A DNA stretch of 64,000 nucleotides. Source: Camelus dromedarius. Taxonomy: Eukaryota. The notes under the pieces were generated by a model. That model searched no databases. It saw nothing but the letters and a program-made list of their open reading frames with translations, and was not told where the DNA came from. Location of the stretch: NCBI RefSeq assembly GCF_036321535.1, contig NC_087437.1:18354001-18418000 (forward strand), in the 5' to 3' direction. Below, piece by piece: positions 56,401-63,060 of the stretch. Positions within the stretch are counted from its first letter, which is position 1. Each line of letters starts with the position of its first letter. Both the position numbers and the translations under genes were made by a program.

Positions 56401-59400
56401 CTTCTCACCTCTCAGATCTTAGCTCAACTGATACTTCCTTGTGGGCTTTTGTCTACGTGCATTATTCTTTGTTACTGAATTCTGTTCCCTTCAGAGCACT
56501 TGGCTCAATTATCACAACGTATATTTTTTTGTTTGTGCAACTACTGAGTGTCAGCTCCGTGAGGGCAAAGACTGTGTCAGTTCTGTGCACAGTTGTATAT
56601 CCATCACCTTGTCGGGGCCTGGCCTTTAGCATATGCTCAGTAAGTTGAATGAAAACCGTACTGCTTCAGCCAGGAACTCCCTTCTCTTTCCAGTACCAGA
56701 TCCGCATGGTATCTCCTCACTTCCCATACTCACTGAGGTACGCCTGCCTCTCTGCTGCTGTTCAGAGCCAGACTTCCTAAAAGCATCTTCTGCACATGCC
56801 TCTAAATTCACTCTTCAGCAAACTTCCTCTGGCCTCCACCCCATCACTCAACTGAAACTGTTCTGGTTAAAGTCACCAACAAACCTCTGTGATGCCAAAT
56901 CCAAAGGATAGTCTTCTCTCCTCATCTTAGCTCACTTACAGCGAACTTCTCCACAGCTGGCTGTTTCCTTCTGCTGGAAACATTCTTTTCTCTTGGTTTC
57001 CATGACATTACGCCTCCCTGCTTAGCCCTGGACTCTCTCCTTTTCTCTCCCACGTGGCTCCTGAGACTAATGGTTAACACCTTGTTGCACAGTGGAGTCT
57101 CCTAGGGAGCTCTCAAAGACCATTGCCTTGCCCCTTTCCTCCCAAGATTCTGACTTAATAGCCTGGACATCAGGGTATTTTTTAAGGTTCCCCAGGTGGT
57201 TCTTCTGTACATGGCTAGAGTTGAGAACCTCTGATTTAGGGGAATCTCATTCGCTCCCATGGCTTTTACTGTCACCTCTATTCTTTTTCTGATTTCTGGT
57301 TCTAGTTCAGTAGTCATTTTGATAAGTTAGGCATTACAGTATTTACACTTTCATGGTATCAAGCAGTATAAAACACAGCCACAGTAATGGTTACTGGCCT
57401 CCAAAAGCCATGACAACAAGCTTCCCTGATGGTGTCTACAGCTTTACAAATGCTGGTTTCTCAATGGGGGCTGGGGAGGGGGGCAAGATCGAGGGTCACG
57501 TGAGGGTTTACCTCCAGCCTCGACCTCTCTTCTGAACTCCAGTCCCGTGTATCCTCCTGCCTACCCAGCATCTCCATGTGGCTGTCTGAAGCCTCTTGAG
57601 GTTGATGTTTAAAAATCAGTTCTTAAATATCTCCCCTAAACCTAAATTTCTCCCCCCAACCTTTTCTCTCAGTGTAGTGGCTCCACCGTTTACCCCTTTG
57701 CTCACACCCAGGAGTCAGTCTTGATTTCCCCAGCGCTTTCACCTGGTTGATCCAGTTTATCAGTAGGTCCTGTCAGCCCTGCCGCCAACGCTGATCTGCA
57801 TCCTGTTGTTCACTTCTTCCTTTTACCACTGCCCTCACCCCAGTCCAGGCCACGGCATCTCAGGCCTGATGGGCTCTAGCAGCCTCCCAGACACCTCTGC
57901 ACTGTCGCTCCCACCTGTCAGCCTGGGTGATCTTCTGAAATTGTTAAGTCCCGCCTTGTCCCTCCACTGCTTAAATCCTGCAGGGCTTCCCGTCAACTCA
58001 GAATGAGGTCCAGTCCTTCCTCTGGCCTGCAGGGCCCACGGTGGAGCTGTGCCTCCCTCTCTGCATTAGCAGCACGCTGCTTTCCTGCCCTGTGTGCACA
58101 AGCTGTGCCGCTGCTGCTTACCTCGCGCCTTCTCAGACCTGGTCCTTCCTCTTGGCGCCTCTTGCTCTTTGTACACTGGCACCCTCCTACTCTTCTTATT
58201 CTTTATTCTTTCTCTGTTTAAGTATTGCCTCCTTCAAAGAGATCTTTTCTGTGTATTTCTCCGAAATTAGGAATTAGGTTCCTACCCCTCCACCCTCCAG
58301 GGTTCTCTATCACAGCAATTTGTTTCCTCAAAAAATATTGAGTGAATGATGAATGAACTTGTATGTAGTAAATACTTATTGTTATGCTATAAATAAGTTC
58401 ATTTATTCAGCAAATACACACTGATGGCCTGATGCCGGGAGCAGATGATACATTTTGTTATGTTTTGTAGGAACCCAAACTAGACAGCTCTTTAAGAGTC
58501 TTGGCAGGTAGAAGGAAAAAGAAAACCACCCACCATAGAATTCTAATGAGGGAAGCCATGTCCTTCCCTTTGTCTCCGCTTAGTTGAGATGCAGTTCTCC
58601 GCAGCAAGACAAGGCTGTCTCAGCCCTCGAGGACCATTGAGCGCTTCGAGCCGCAGTGTTTCCCCAGATATGCTTAAGTTATTGTAATGTCCTGGGGACT
58701 TTCTTTTTTAATTGACCAATAGGAAAATCATCAGGAAAGATTGTTTTACCATTAGGTCTTCTTTCATTTAGGAGAAACACTCTATATGGATAAATAATAA
58801 CTTAAGCAAAAATGGTTGTACTTTCAGTATATAAAGAGAAATAAACAGAAAGTATGTTTCAGGAGGCCCCTTACGAATAAAAGAGGCTCTATCAGGTTTT
58901 CTGTGATGTTCCTGTAGAAATGAGTCATTTGATGAGATAATCAGGCCAGAGAGATGAGTACCGAGTGCACGTGCATCCAGTTTATTGGCCTGGTGACCCG
59001 AGCATCTCGTAACGCAGACAGAGCTCAGTCAGGAGCACGGGCTGGTCGGGTGCCAGTGTTCCCGTGTACAAGGGTGGCGGGATAGGTTGCAGACTGCACC
59101 TGTGGCCCTGGGGGTGGGGGTTGTTTTCTGAAATTGGAGTGTGAGTGTCTTTTGGCAAGGTTTCACTCCCCCTGGCCAGCTTTCCCACCATTTTCTGTTG
59201 TCTCTAGCCCAACCTGTTCACCCAGTAGTGCTCACTTTGTAGCTCCTCAAGACACTGGGTTTAAGAGTAAGTCCCCTGAAAGAACGAAGTAGACCTCAAT
59301 GAAGTAGACCTCAATAGTCTACTAGATCATGAGTTCAAAAAGGGCCCTATAAAAGCACTGAAGGAAATGAGAGAGACTGCAAATAAAAACACAGAATACC

Positions 59401-61186
59401 ATTCAAAGAAAATGGAAACATAAAGAGGAGCCAATTAAAAACAGAAAACTCAGTGGCTGAGATAAGAGCCAAGCTAAATTCTTTTAGAAGCAGACTAGAT
59501 AACGCAGAGGGACAAATAAGTGACTTAGAAGACATTCGGGTTTGAGGTCCCCGCTTCAAACTTTTAGGCTATTGGAATTGTCTGTGGTATGTTCCAAAAA
59601 ATTACCTCAAATGAGATTACCTCCATTTCTTCTTTCTTTTTCTGCATCAAATAGGGTCATTCACATGTCAAATTGCAGCTTGCCGCTATGTTTTGTATAT
59701 CAAACCTCATATGGAATGACGAGGAAGGTAAGAGATGGGTGAGATTTGTCCTGAAGAAAATTGCAGGAAGGGAGGGTCTTGCACAGGAAAGGCATCAGGT
59801 GCCCAGAAGTCCTGGGTAGAGGCACCATTCATTTGGTCCCAGGCCCCCAACTGAGTCCCTTAGGATGAGAATCTGTGTGACTAGCTGACACTGAGCCCCC
59901 AACTTGGAGTCGGCACTGTTCCGGATTACTGAGGGTGGGGTGCAGGAGACCCTAGAGAAGTAAGTGACAGTCCTTGCCCTTGAGAAGGCTAAGGAGGAGG
60001 ATGGCGAACTGCCCTTGAAGAAGATGAGAGGTGCAAGTATACAGCCTTTCATTCTGTGCAGGGAAGCACAGGGAAGGACTACAGGCAGGTGAGCTTCGTG
60101 GAGAAGAGGGGGTGTTGGTGAGGAATGAGAAACACACTGGGACTAGGGAAGTGGCTAGTCTGTAAGGAGGCCTCTGTAGGTCTCCACCTGGACTGTATTA
60201 GAATCACCCAGGGATTTTTGCACCAGCCGGTTAAATCAGAATCTCTAGGGGTGGGCTCCAGGCAGAAGTGTTTTTTTTTAATCCCTCAAATGATTCCACT
60301 GTATAGCCAAGGTAGTGAACAGATGTAAGAGAGCAATGGGTTTCAGTGCTGCGTTGACTACATGAAAATCACATGAGCAACTTTTTAAAATGCAGATTTC
60401 TGGCTCCCCCTAGAGATTCTGGTTCACTATGTCTCGAGGAGGTCACTGCATGAGTGAGTGACTGTGGGCTCTTCAGTGGGGAGGAAGGAATCCAGGAGAA
60501 TTACTATTCTTCCAGATCAAAGTGAAAGGAGGAAAAACTGGATTCAACATACAGGCCAGGCCAGGTGTCAGGCAACCAGAGTCACTCTCACAGCGTCCTG
60601 GTCTGGTTGGAAGGTAGAACATAGTAGTATGGACTTGGAACTACCACCTGCTAAGAGGCAACAGGAAGTGCTGGGAGGTCCGAGGAGGGTGGAAGAGAAT
60701 AGAGGGGGGAAAAAGACCTGTTTGGAGTAGGAAGAGCCTGGCTAAGTATGTCCAGAAAGAAGTGATGAAGATGGGGCCTGATGGAGAGAGCCTTGTGCCA
60801 GTCTATAGAATCTGACCATGACCCTGTCTGTGGTCCATGGAGAAATCAATCCAGCAGCAGAATCCAGGATGGACTGCAGGAAGGAGGGTCAAGAGGAAGA
60901 GAGACCAGTTAAAATGCTGTTGGGGAATCCAAGCACGAAGGCATTCGGCTACATTGAGGAGGGTGAGGGCAAGGGGGAGGAAGGAAGCGGGGAGTGGAGG
61001 ACACTGGTAAGGCCCTGGGTGGTTGGTCGTGCATTAAGGAGAGTAACTGCCTGGGTCATGTTCCCAGTAACCTGTTAGCTTCCATCTCTCAGGTTCACAA
61101 GAACGCCAGGATAAATTACGAGACATGGGCATTGTGGATATTCTACACAAACTGAGTCAGTCACCAGATTCAAACCTTTGTGACAA
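2378..61186 (+). CDS. ARMC8: Armadillo repeat-containing protein 8 (GID5/VID28 homolog, CTLH E3 ligase), long alpha isoform, partial: 19 coding exons
   Basis: 19 AG/GT-bounded exons join in frame without stops (1866 nt), reading [24 protein letters not shown]...[11 protein letters not shown](K). This matches ARMC8 as I recall it. Start and final exon are outside the window. Confidence 0.98.
3017..3214 (-). mobile_element. tRNA-derived SINE, camelid Vic-1 type
   Basis: Minus strand GGGGAGGGTATAGCTCAGTGGTAGAG (A box)...GGGTCAATCCCCAGCACCTC (B box), AT-rich tail with CCTAATTACC. TSD cagaatttttt at 3006-3016 and 3215-3225. Confidence 0.85.
3362..3891 (-). mobile_element. 5'-truncated LINE-1 (ORF2 C-terminus, 3'UTR, poly(A))
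   Basis: ORF 3621..3878 [27 protein letters not shown] is the L1 ORF2 C-terminal region. 17-bp TSD tctcagcag(t/c)ctttctt at 3345-3361 and 3892-3908. Confidence 0.92.
4558..4700 (+). CDS. ARMC8: ARMC8 exon ~4 ([11 protein letters not shown]...IIPALLQG)
   Basis: ttttag|GTTATTG...CAAG|gtatgt; 143 nt, phase 2-1. Confidence 0.96.
4805..4902 (+). CDS. ARMC8: ARMC8 exon ~5 ([32 protein letters not shown])
   Basis: aatag|GACTAC...TATACA|gtgagt; 98 nt, phase 1-0; preceded by a 104-nt intron. Confidence 0.96.
6085..6262. mobile_element. MER5A-type hAT-Charlie MITE
   Basis: gattctcaaa...agaattacctggagagct...ttctgattcag...gggcctgagaatatgcatttctaacaagtttccc. Confidence 0.8.
7450..7610. mobile_element. 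MER5-type MITE
   Basis: caaagtgtggtctgtggaccagcatcagc...tgggagctagttagaatgcag...gaatcagaa. Confidence 0.65.
8340..8432 (+). CDS. ARMC8: ARMC8 exon ~6 ([31 protein letters not shown])
   Basis: ttcag|GATGCT...TGTAAA|gtaaga; 93 nt. Confidence 0.96.
8540..9075 (-). mobile_element. Old L1 (L1M-type) 3' fragment, interrupted by a SINE
   Basis: cattctttt...tattgtatagatgtataataatttatttaaccagt...gacatttagcttgtttccag resembles antisense L1M 3' sequence. Confidence 0.65.
8631..8725 (-). mobile_element. Short tRNA-derived SINE (Vic-1 type) inserted in an older L1
   Basis: GGGTATAGCTCAGTGGTAAAG...GGTTCAATCCTCAGTACCTCC plus poly(A). TSD cacttaacct at 8621-8630 and 8726-8735. Confidence 0.85.
11040..11500 (+). 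mobile_element. Old L1ME-like 3' fragment containing a (CA)n microsatellite at about 11227-11245
   Basis: aactgaaaacaa...catacaatgga...tttatgtactgatatg-type motifs, degenerate. Confidence 0.55.
13315..13395 (+). CDS. ARMC8: ARMC8 exon ~7 ([27 protein letters not shown])
   Basis: tacag|GGTCCA...TATAAA|gtaaga; 81 nt. Confidence 0.96.
15364..15439 (+). CDS. ARMC8: ARMC8 exon ~8 ([25 protein letters not shown])
   Basis: tacag|GTTCGA...AATG|gtaggc; 76 nt, phase 0-1. Confidence 0.96.
15536..15626 (+). CDS. ARMC8: ARMC8 exon ~9 ([31 protein letters not shown])
   Basis: tctag|TTTTGG...AAATG|gtaaaa; 91 nt, phase 1-2; preceded by a 96-nt intron. Confidence 0.96.
16451..16713 (-). pseudogene. Retrotransposed copy of the 3'-terminal ~207 nt of 28S rRNA with an A-rich tail
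   Basis: The reverse complement of 16507-16713 reads ...GCAGAGCAGCTCCCTCGCTGCAATCTATTGAAAGTCAGCCCTCAACACAAGGGTTTGT, the 28S 3' end with CpG decay. T-rich tail at about 16461-16506. 15-bp TSD aagcaat(t/c)ttattct at 16436-16450 and 16714-16728. Confidence 0.93.
17347..17407 (+). CDS. ARMC8: ARMC8 exon ~10 ([20 protein letters not shown])
   Basis: tccag|TTTAAC...CTAAAG|gtgagc; 61 nt, phase 2-0. Confidence 0.96.
17910..18080 (+). mobile_element. MIR SINE
   Basis: gccttgggcacatcccttatcc...catagggtattgtgagaat core. Confidence 0.6.
18129..18430 (+). mobile_element. Internal L1 ORF2 fragment with no tail, flanked by a 21-bp direct repeat
   Basis: Open frame [19 protein letters not shown]...[22 protein letters not shown]. 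Flanks gatagtgtgtc(g/a)ttttatgaa at 18108-18128 and 18431-18451. Confidence 0.93.
19747..19947 (+). CDS. ARMC8: ARMC8 exon ~11 ([21 protein letters not shown]...AITDIKR)
   Basis: tacag|ACATTG...AAAAGG|gtatgt; 201 nt; lies within ORF 19684..20046. Confidence 0.97.
22641..22736 (+). CDS. ARMC8: ARMC8 exon ~12 ([32 protein letters not shown])
   Basis: catag|CTTGAT...AAGAAG|gtgagt; 96 nt. Confidence 0.96.
22737..22802 (+). CDS. ARMC8: ARMC8-beta alternative C-terminus by read-through of the exon-12 donor ([21 protein letters not shown])
   Basis: In-frame 21 codons, then TGA at 22800-22802. The peptide matches the short ARMC8 isoform tail as I recall it from human. AATAAA signals follow. Confidence 0.85.
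   Translation: MSLGEGRPPVLTASRQGVTST
22803..24300 (+). terminator. Putative ARMC8-beta 3'UTR with intronic polyadenylation signals
   Basis: AATAAA at 22843-22848, 23210-23215 (followed by G/U-rich sequence), 23449-23454 and 24270-24275 (U-rich upstream and downstream). AT-rich, with no repeat I recognise. Which site is used is unknown. Confidence 0.6.
26580..26715 (+). mobile_element. LINE-2 3' end
   Basis: ctagaatgtaagctccatgagggcaggga...aataaatatttgaagaatgaatg. Confidence 0.8.
29547..29911. mobile_element. MER58B-type hAT-Charlie DNA transposon
   Basis: Termini caggagtcagcaaact ... agtttgctcaccctg. Internal ggcccacaaagcctaaaatatttaccatctggccctttgcagaaaaa. Degenerate 8-bp TSD tgctagca/tgctaagc. 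Confidence 0.85.
30450..30660 (-). mobile_element. MIR SINE
   Basis: accatttattgagcacttactatgtgtgggcactgtgcta...tctgactccaaaacctatgct. Confidence 0.7.
37250..37640 (-). mobile_element. LINE-2 fragment
   Basis: Purine-rich gaagcaggtttcgggag...cagttggaaatatgaagctaga, typical of antisense L2; degenerate. Confidence 0.55.
38570..38710. mobile_element. MER5-type MITE
   Basis: ctgggccccacccacagagaatctgatttaattgg...aaactccccaggtgat. Confidence 0.6.
38840..39040 (+). mobile_element. MIR SINE
   Basis: ctctggagtcagatgcctgggttc...agcacagtgcctggcacatag...ctcaataaat. Confidence 0.75.
39773..39855 (+). CDS. ARMC8: ARMC8 exon ~13 ([28 protein letters not shown])
   Basis: tccag|ATCATT...GTCAG|gtatga; 83 nt, after a 17-kb intron. 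Confidence 0.96.
40166..40247 (+). CDS. ARMC8: ARMC8 exon ~14 ([27 protein letters not shown])
   Basis: tgtag|ATGTTT...ATGAAG|gtaaga; 82 nt. Confidence 0.96.
43945..44031 (+). CDS. ARMC8: ARMC8 exon ~15 ([29 protein letters not shown])
   Basis: catag|GTTTTA...AAAGAG|gttagt; 87 nt. Confidence 0.96.
45110..45470 (+). mobile_element. Old L1MC/ME-like 3' fragment
   Basis: gaatttgataactgt...agagaatatccttgttcttaggaaatacac...ttcaaatggttcag motifs. Confidence 0.65.
46271..46363 (+). CDS. ARMC8: ARMC8 exon ~16 ([31 protein letters not shown])
   Basis: cacag|CCAATT...TTAATG|gtatgt; 93 nt. Confidence 0.96.
48210..48315 (+). mobile_element. Short L1 3'UTR fragment
   Basis: ctcacggatacagagaacagattggtggttgccaga is typical of L1MA-type 3'UTR. 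Confidence 0.65.
48605..48754 (+). CDS. ARMC8: ARMC8 exon ~17 ([19 protein letters not shown]...RNLLSTRP)
   Basis: ttcag|AATATG...CGCCCT|gtaagt; 150 nt. Confidence 0.96.
49589..49898 (+). mobile_element. Internally deleted Tigger1 (TcMar) DNA transposon
   Basis: TA|caggcacacctcagagatattgtgggtttagttccagaccac ... gaggtacacttg|TA; both TIRs and the TA duplication are present. Confidence 0.88.
50049..50144 (+). CDS. ARMC8: ARMC8 exon ~18 ([32 protein letters not shown])
   Basis: tgcag|CACATA...GAGCAG|gtatgt; 96 nt. Confidence 0.96.
51520..52700. mobile_element. Rearranged old L1: minus-strand 3' end, plus-strand RT segment, minus-strand ORF2 segment
   Basis: ORF 51627..51887 (+) contains RSGARQ...[17 protein letters not shown] 52263..52481 (-) contains [18 protein letters not shown]...PGPDGF. 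An L1 3' end with T-run lies at about 51520-51660. Confidence 0.8.
52719..52939. mobile_element. MER58A-type hAT-Charlie MITE
   Basis: caggggttggcaaact...atagacaatatgtaagcaagtggacgtggctgt...ccataatttgac. Confidence 0.82.
54840..54935 (+). CDS. ARMC8: ARMC8 exon ~19 ([32 protein letters not shown])
   Basis: tctag|ACACTG...TACATG|gtaggc; 96 nt. Confidence 0.96.
55571..55814 (+). mobile_element. Very short 5'-truncated L1 3' end whose tail carries a compound (CT)n(AT)n(CA)n microsatellite
   Basis: gaaaagaatatatgcatataactgaaacactatgctgta...tacttcaattaaaaa. TSD aaattcacattaca at 55557-55570 and 55815-55828. Confidence 0.85.
55928..56063 (-). mobile_element. tRNA-derived SINE, camelid Vic-1 type
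   Basis: GGGGAGGGTACAGCTTAGTGGGTAGAGCGCATGCTTAGC...GGTTCAATCCCCAGTACCTCC...AAACCTAATTATCCCCC-An. TSD tccttattcttt at 55916-55927 and 56064-56075; TT|AAAG L1-endonuclease-type target. Confidence 0.88.
56100..58360 (+). mobile_element. Cluster of LINE-2 fragments (with a MER5-like insert at about 57070-57235)
   Basis: cctctgcctggaacacttct, gctccgtgagggcaaagact, gtcaccaac...gccaaatccaaagg and cctctcttctgaactccag motifs. Confidence 0.7.
59266..59528 (+). mobile_element. Internal L1 ORF1 (coiled-coil) fragment with no tail
   Basis: Translates ...[15 protein letters not shown].../[38 protein letters not shown]. Degenerate direct repeats aagacactgggtttaag (59249-59265) and aagacattcgggtttgag (59529-59546). 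Confidence 0.85.
59655..59727 (+). CDS. ARMC8: ARMC8 exon ~20 ([24 protein letters not shown])
   Basis: aatag|GGTCAT...GAAG|gtaaga; 73 nt, phase 0-1. Confidence 0.96.
60170..60450. mobile_element. Two adjacent MER5-type fragments
   Basis: attagaatcacc...aaatcagaatctctaggggtggg...tgattc, and aaaatgcagatttctggctccccctagagattctg. Confidence 0.6.
61093..61186 (+). CDS. ARMC8: ARMC8 exon ~21 ([32 protein letters not shown])
   Basis: ctcag|GTTCAC...GACAA|gtgagt; 94 nt, phase 1-2. Confidence 0.96.
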
Positions 61187-61919
61187 GTGAGTATCAAGGT
61201 GAAAGGGCCTTGCTTTGAGGTATGTTGGATTTGTTTATGGAAGGGTTTGAATTGCTTAGTAAGTCACATGGCCAAACTCAAAATCTTTTAGATCCCTGGA
61301 TTTCTTTTTTAATAATCTGTGAGCCAACTATGTGACATCTGAGTAAGAGCTAAACTAATAATGAGCAAATTATTCAAGATTCTCATTTTAACTCTGAATA
61401 ACATGAGCCTGGGCCATCTCAGTGGGTATCTGGAGAGGATCCCGAGGCCATTCCCATGCATTCCCTCAATCATTAGACTAGATCTTAGGCCTTTTAACAA
61501 TAAAAACATTCATTAGCTCAAAACCTCACTGAGTACCTGCTGCCAGCCTGGCCTGACTGTTGGGGATACAGCAGTGACCATTATGGAGTCCCTGTCTTCC
61601 AAAGACTCACCATTTACTGGGAGAGACAAGAGTCATGGTCAGAGATCCCTCTAACCTGAGAATAGCCAAGAACGTTTCTCCTGGCTGTGTGCACTTTTCA
61701 TAATACAGCCTTCACTTCCCAGCTCACCTGCATCCTCCTGACTCTCAAGCGTGGCTCAGAAGCACCTCACAGTCTGGCTCTGCCTGCCTCGTGCTTTCCC
61801 CACCCCCTGGCCTCCCCCCCCCCATGCTCCAGCCACACGTGCCCTGTCATTGTATCACACCTTCAGGCATTTACACGTTCTCTTCCATCTGATTTGCCAT
61901 CCCAGTCCCCTCTCCTCTG

Positions 61920-63060
61920 AATCCCCATTCAGTCAATGAATATTTTTGTTAATACTAACCTCTACCAGGCATCTTTTCAGTTATTGGAGATAAAACGGTG
62001 ACTAAAATTGATGAAGTCGTTGCCCTCGTGGAACTTAAATTCTAGCACAGAAGACACAATAAGCAAATTAATGTGTAGCAGGTAATGAAGGGTACTGTGA
62101 AGAAAAATCAGCAAGGTGAGGGTGTGGAGAGTAAGAAAGCTCTTCATATAGATGAGTCAGTAAAGGCCTCCCTGAGGATGTGACGTTTGGTCAGAGGCCT
62201 GAATGAAATGACAGGGCCTGCCAGGCCGATGTTTAGAAGAGAGGTATTCCAGGCAGAGGGGACTCAAGGCAGGAATGAGCTTGGCTGCTTAAGAAAAAGC
62301 AGGAAGACCACAGGAAAATAAACGAGGGGGAGAGTGATAAGCAGTGGACTCAGGGAGCCTTGTAGGCCATAGTAAGGACTTTGGATTTTATTCAGAGTTT
62401 AATAGGAAGTCATTGGAGAGTTTTGAACAGAAGAGACAGTATCTGATTTGAACTTTTAAAAGAGCCCTCTGGTGGCCGTTTGGAGAATCGTCTGTAGTAG
62501 GGCAGGAATGAAAGCAGGGAGACCAGCTGAAGGCTGTTCCAGTCTTGTCAGGTAAGAGATGGGGGCGGTAGTGGTAGGAGTGGTGAGATGTAGTTGGATT
62601 CAGAATGTAATCTAAAGGTAGAGCCAATAGGATTTGCCCATGCATCCCCTGTAGGCTGTTAAAGAAAGAGGGGAAAGGAAAATGCTTAGAGTTTTGTTCT
62701 GAGCAACTGAATAGAGGGTTGTCACTTACCAAGTTAGTGAAGAACACAAGAGAAGTGGGGGTAGAGAGGACCCAGAGTCCTTGTCTGGTGTTCCAGCTTT
62801 TTGATGCTGTTTGATATCCAAGGGACTTGGGAGAGTGGGGCTGAAGATACAAATTGGGATGATATAGAAAGCCGTGGAGCTGGATGGAGTCACCTAAGGA
62901 GGGTGAAAGAGGAGAGAAGACAGGAGGGCTAAGGAGCATGCTTGGGACACGCCAACATTTTGGAGGAGATAAAAAAGGTCCAGCAGAGGAACAGAAGGAA
63001 GAGCTGGTAAGGCAGACCGAGACCCAGGTGCATAAGGTGTCCTGAAAGCAAGGGCAGAGA
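61920..63060 (-). mobile_element. LINE-2 (about 1.1 kb)
   Basis: cattcagtcaatgaatattt 3' end; aaggcctccctgaggatgtgacgtttg...gccttgtaggccatagtaaggactttggattttattc. Confidence 0.8.

Noticed and set aside
2450..61092. U12-type or non-canonical ARMC8 introns
   Set aside because: All 18 internal introns are GT-AG with U2-type donors; none begins GTATCCT or ATATCCT.
62388..63060. Longest ORF in the track (267 aa, 62388..63191, minus strand) as a gene
   Set aside because: Most of it lies in a pyrimidine-rich LINE-2 relic and it starts at GTG. Only the first ~45 codons may belong to the antisense block.
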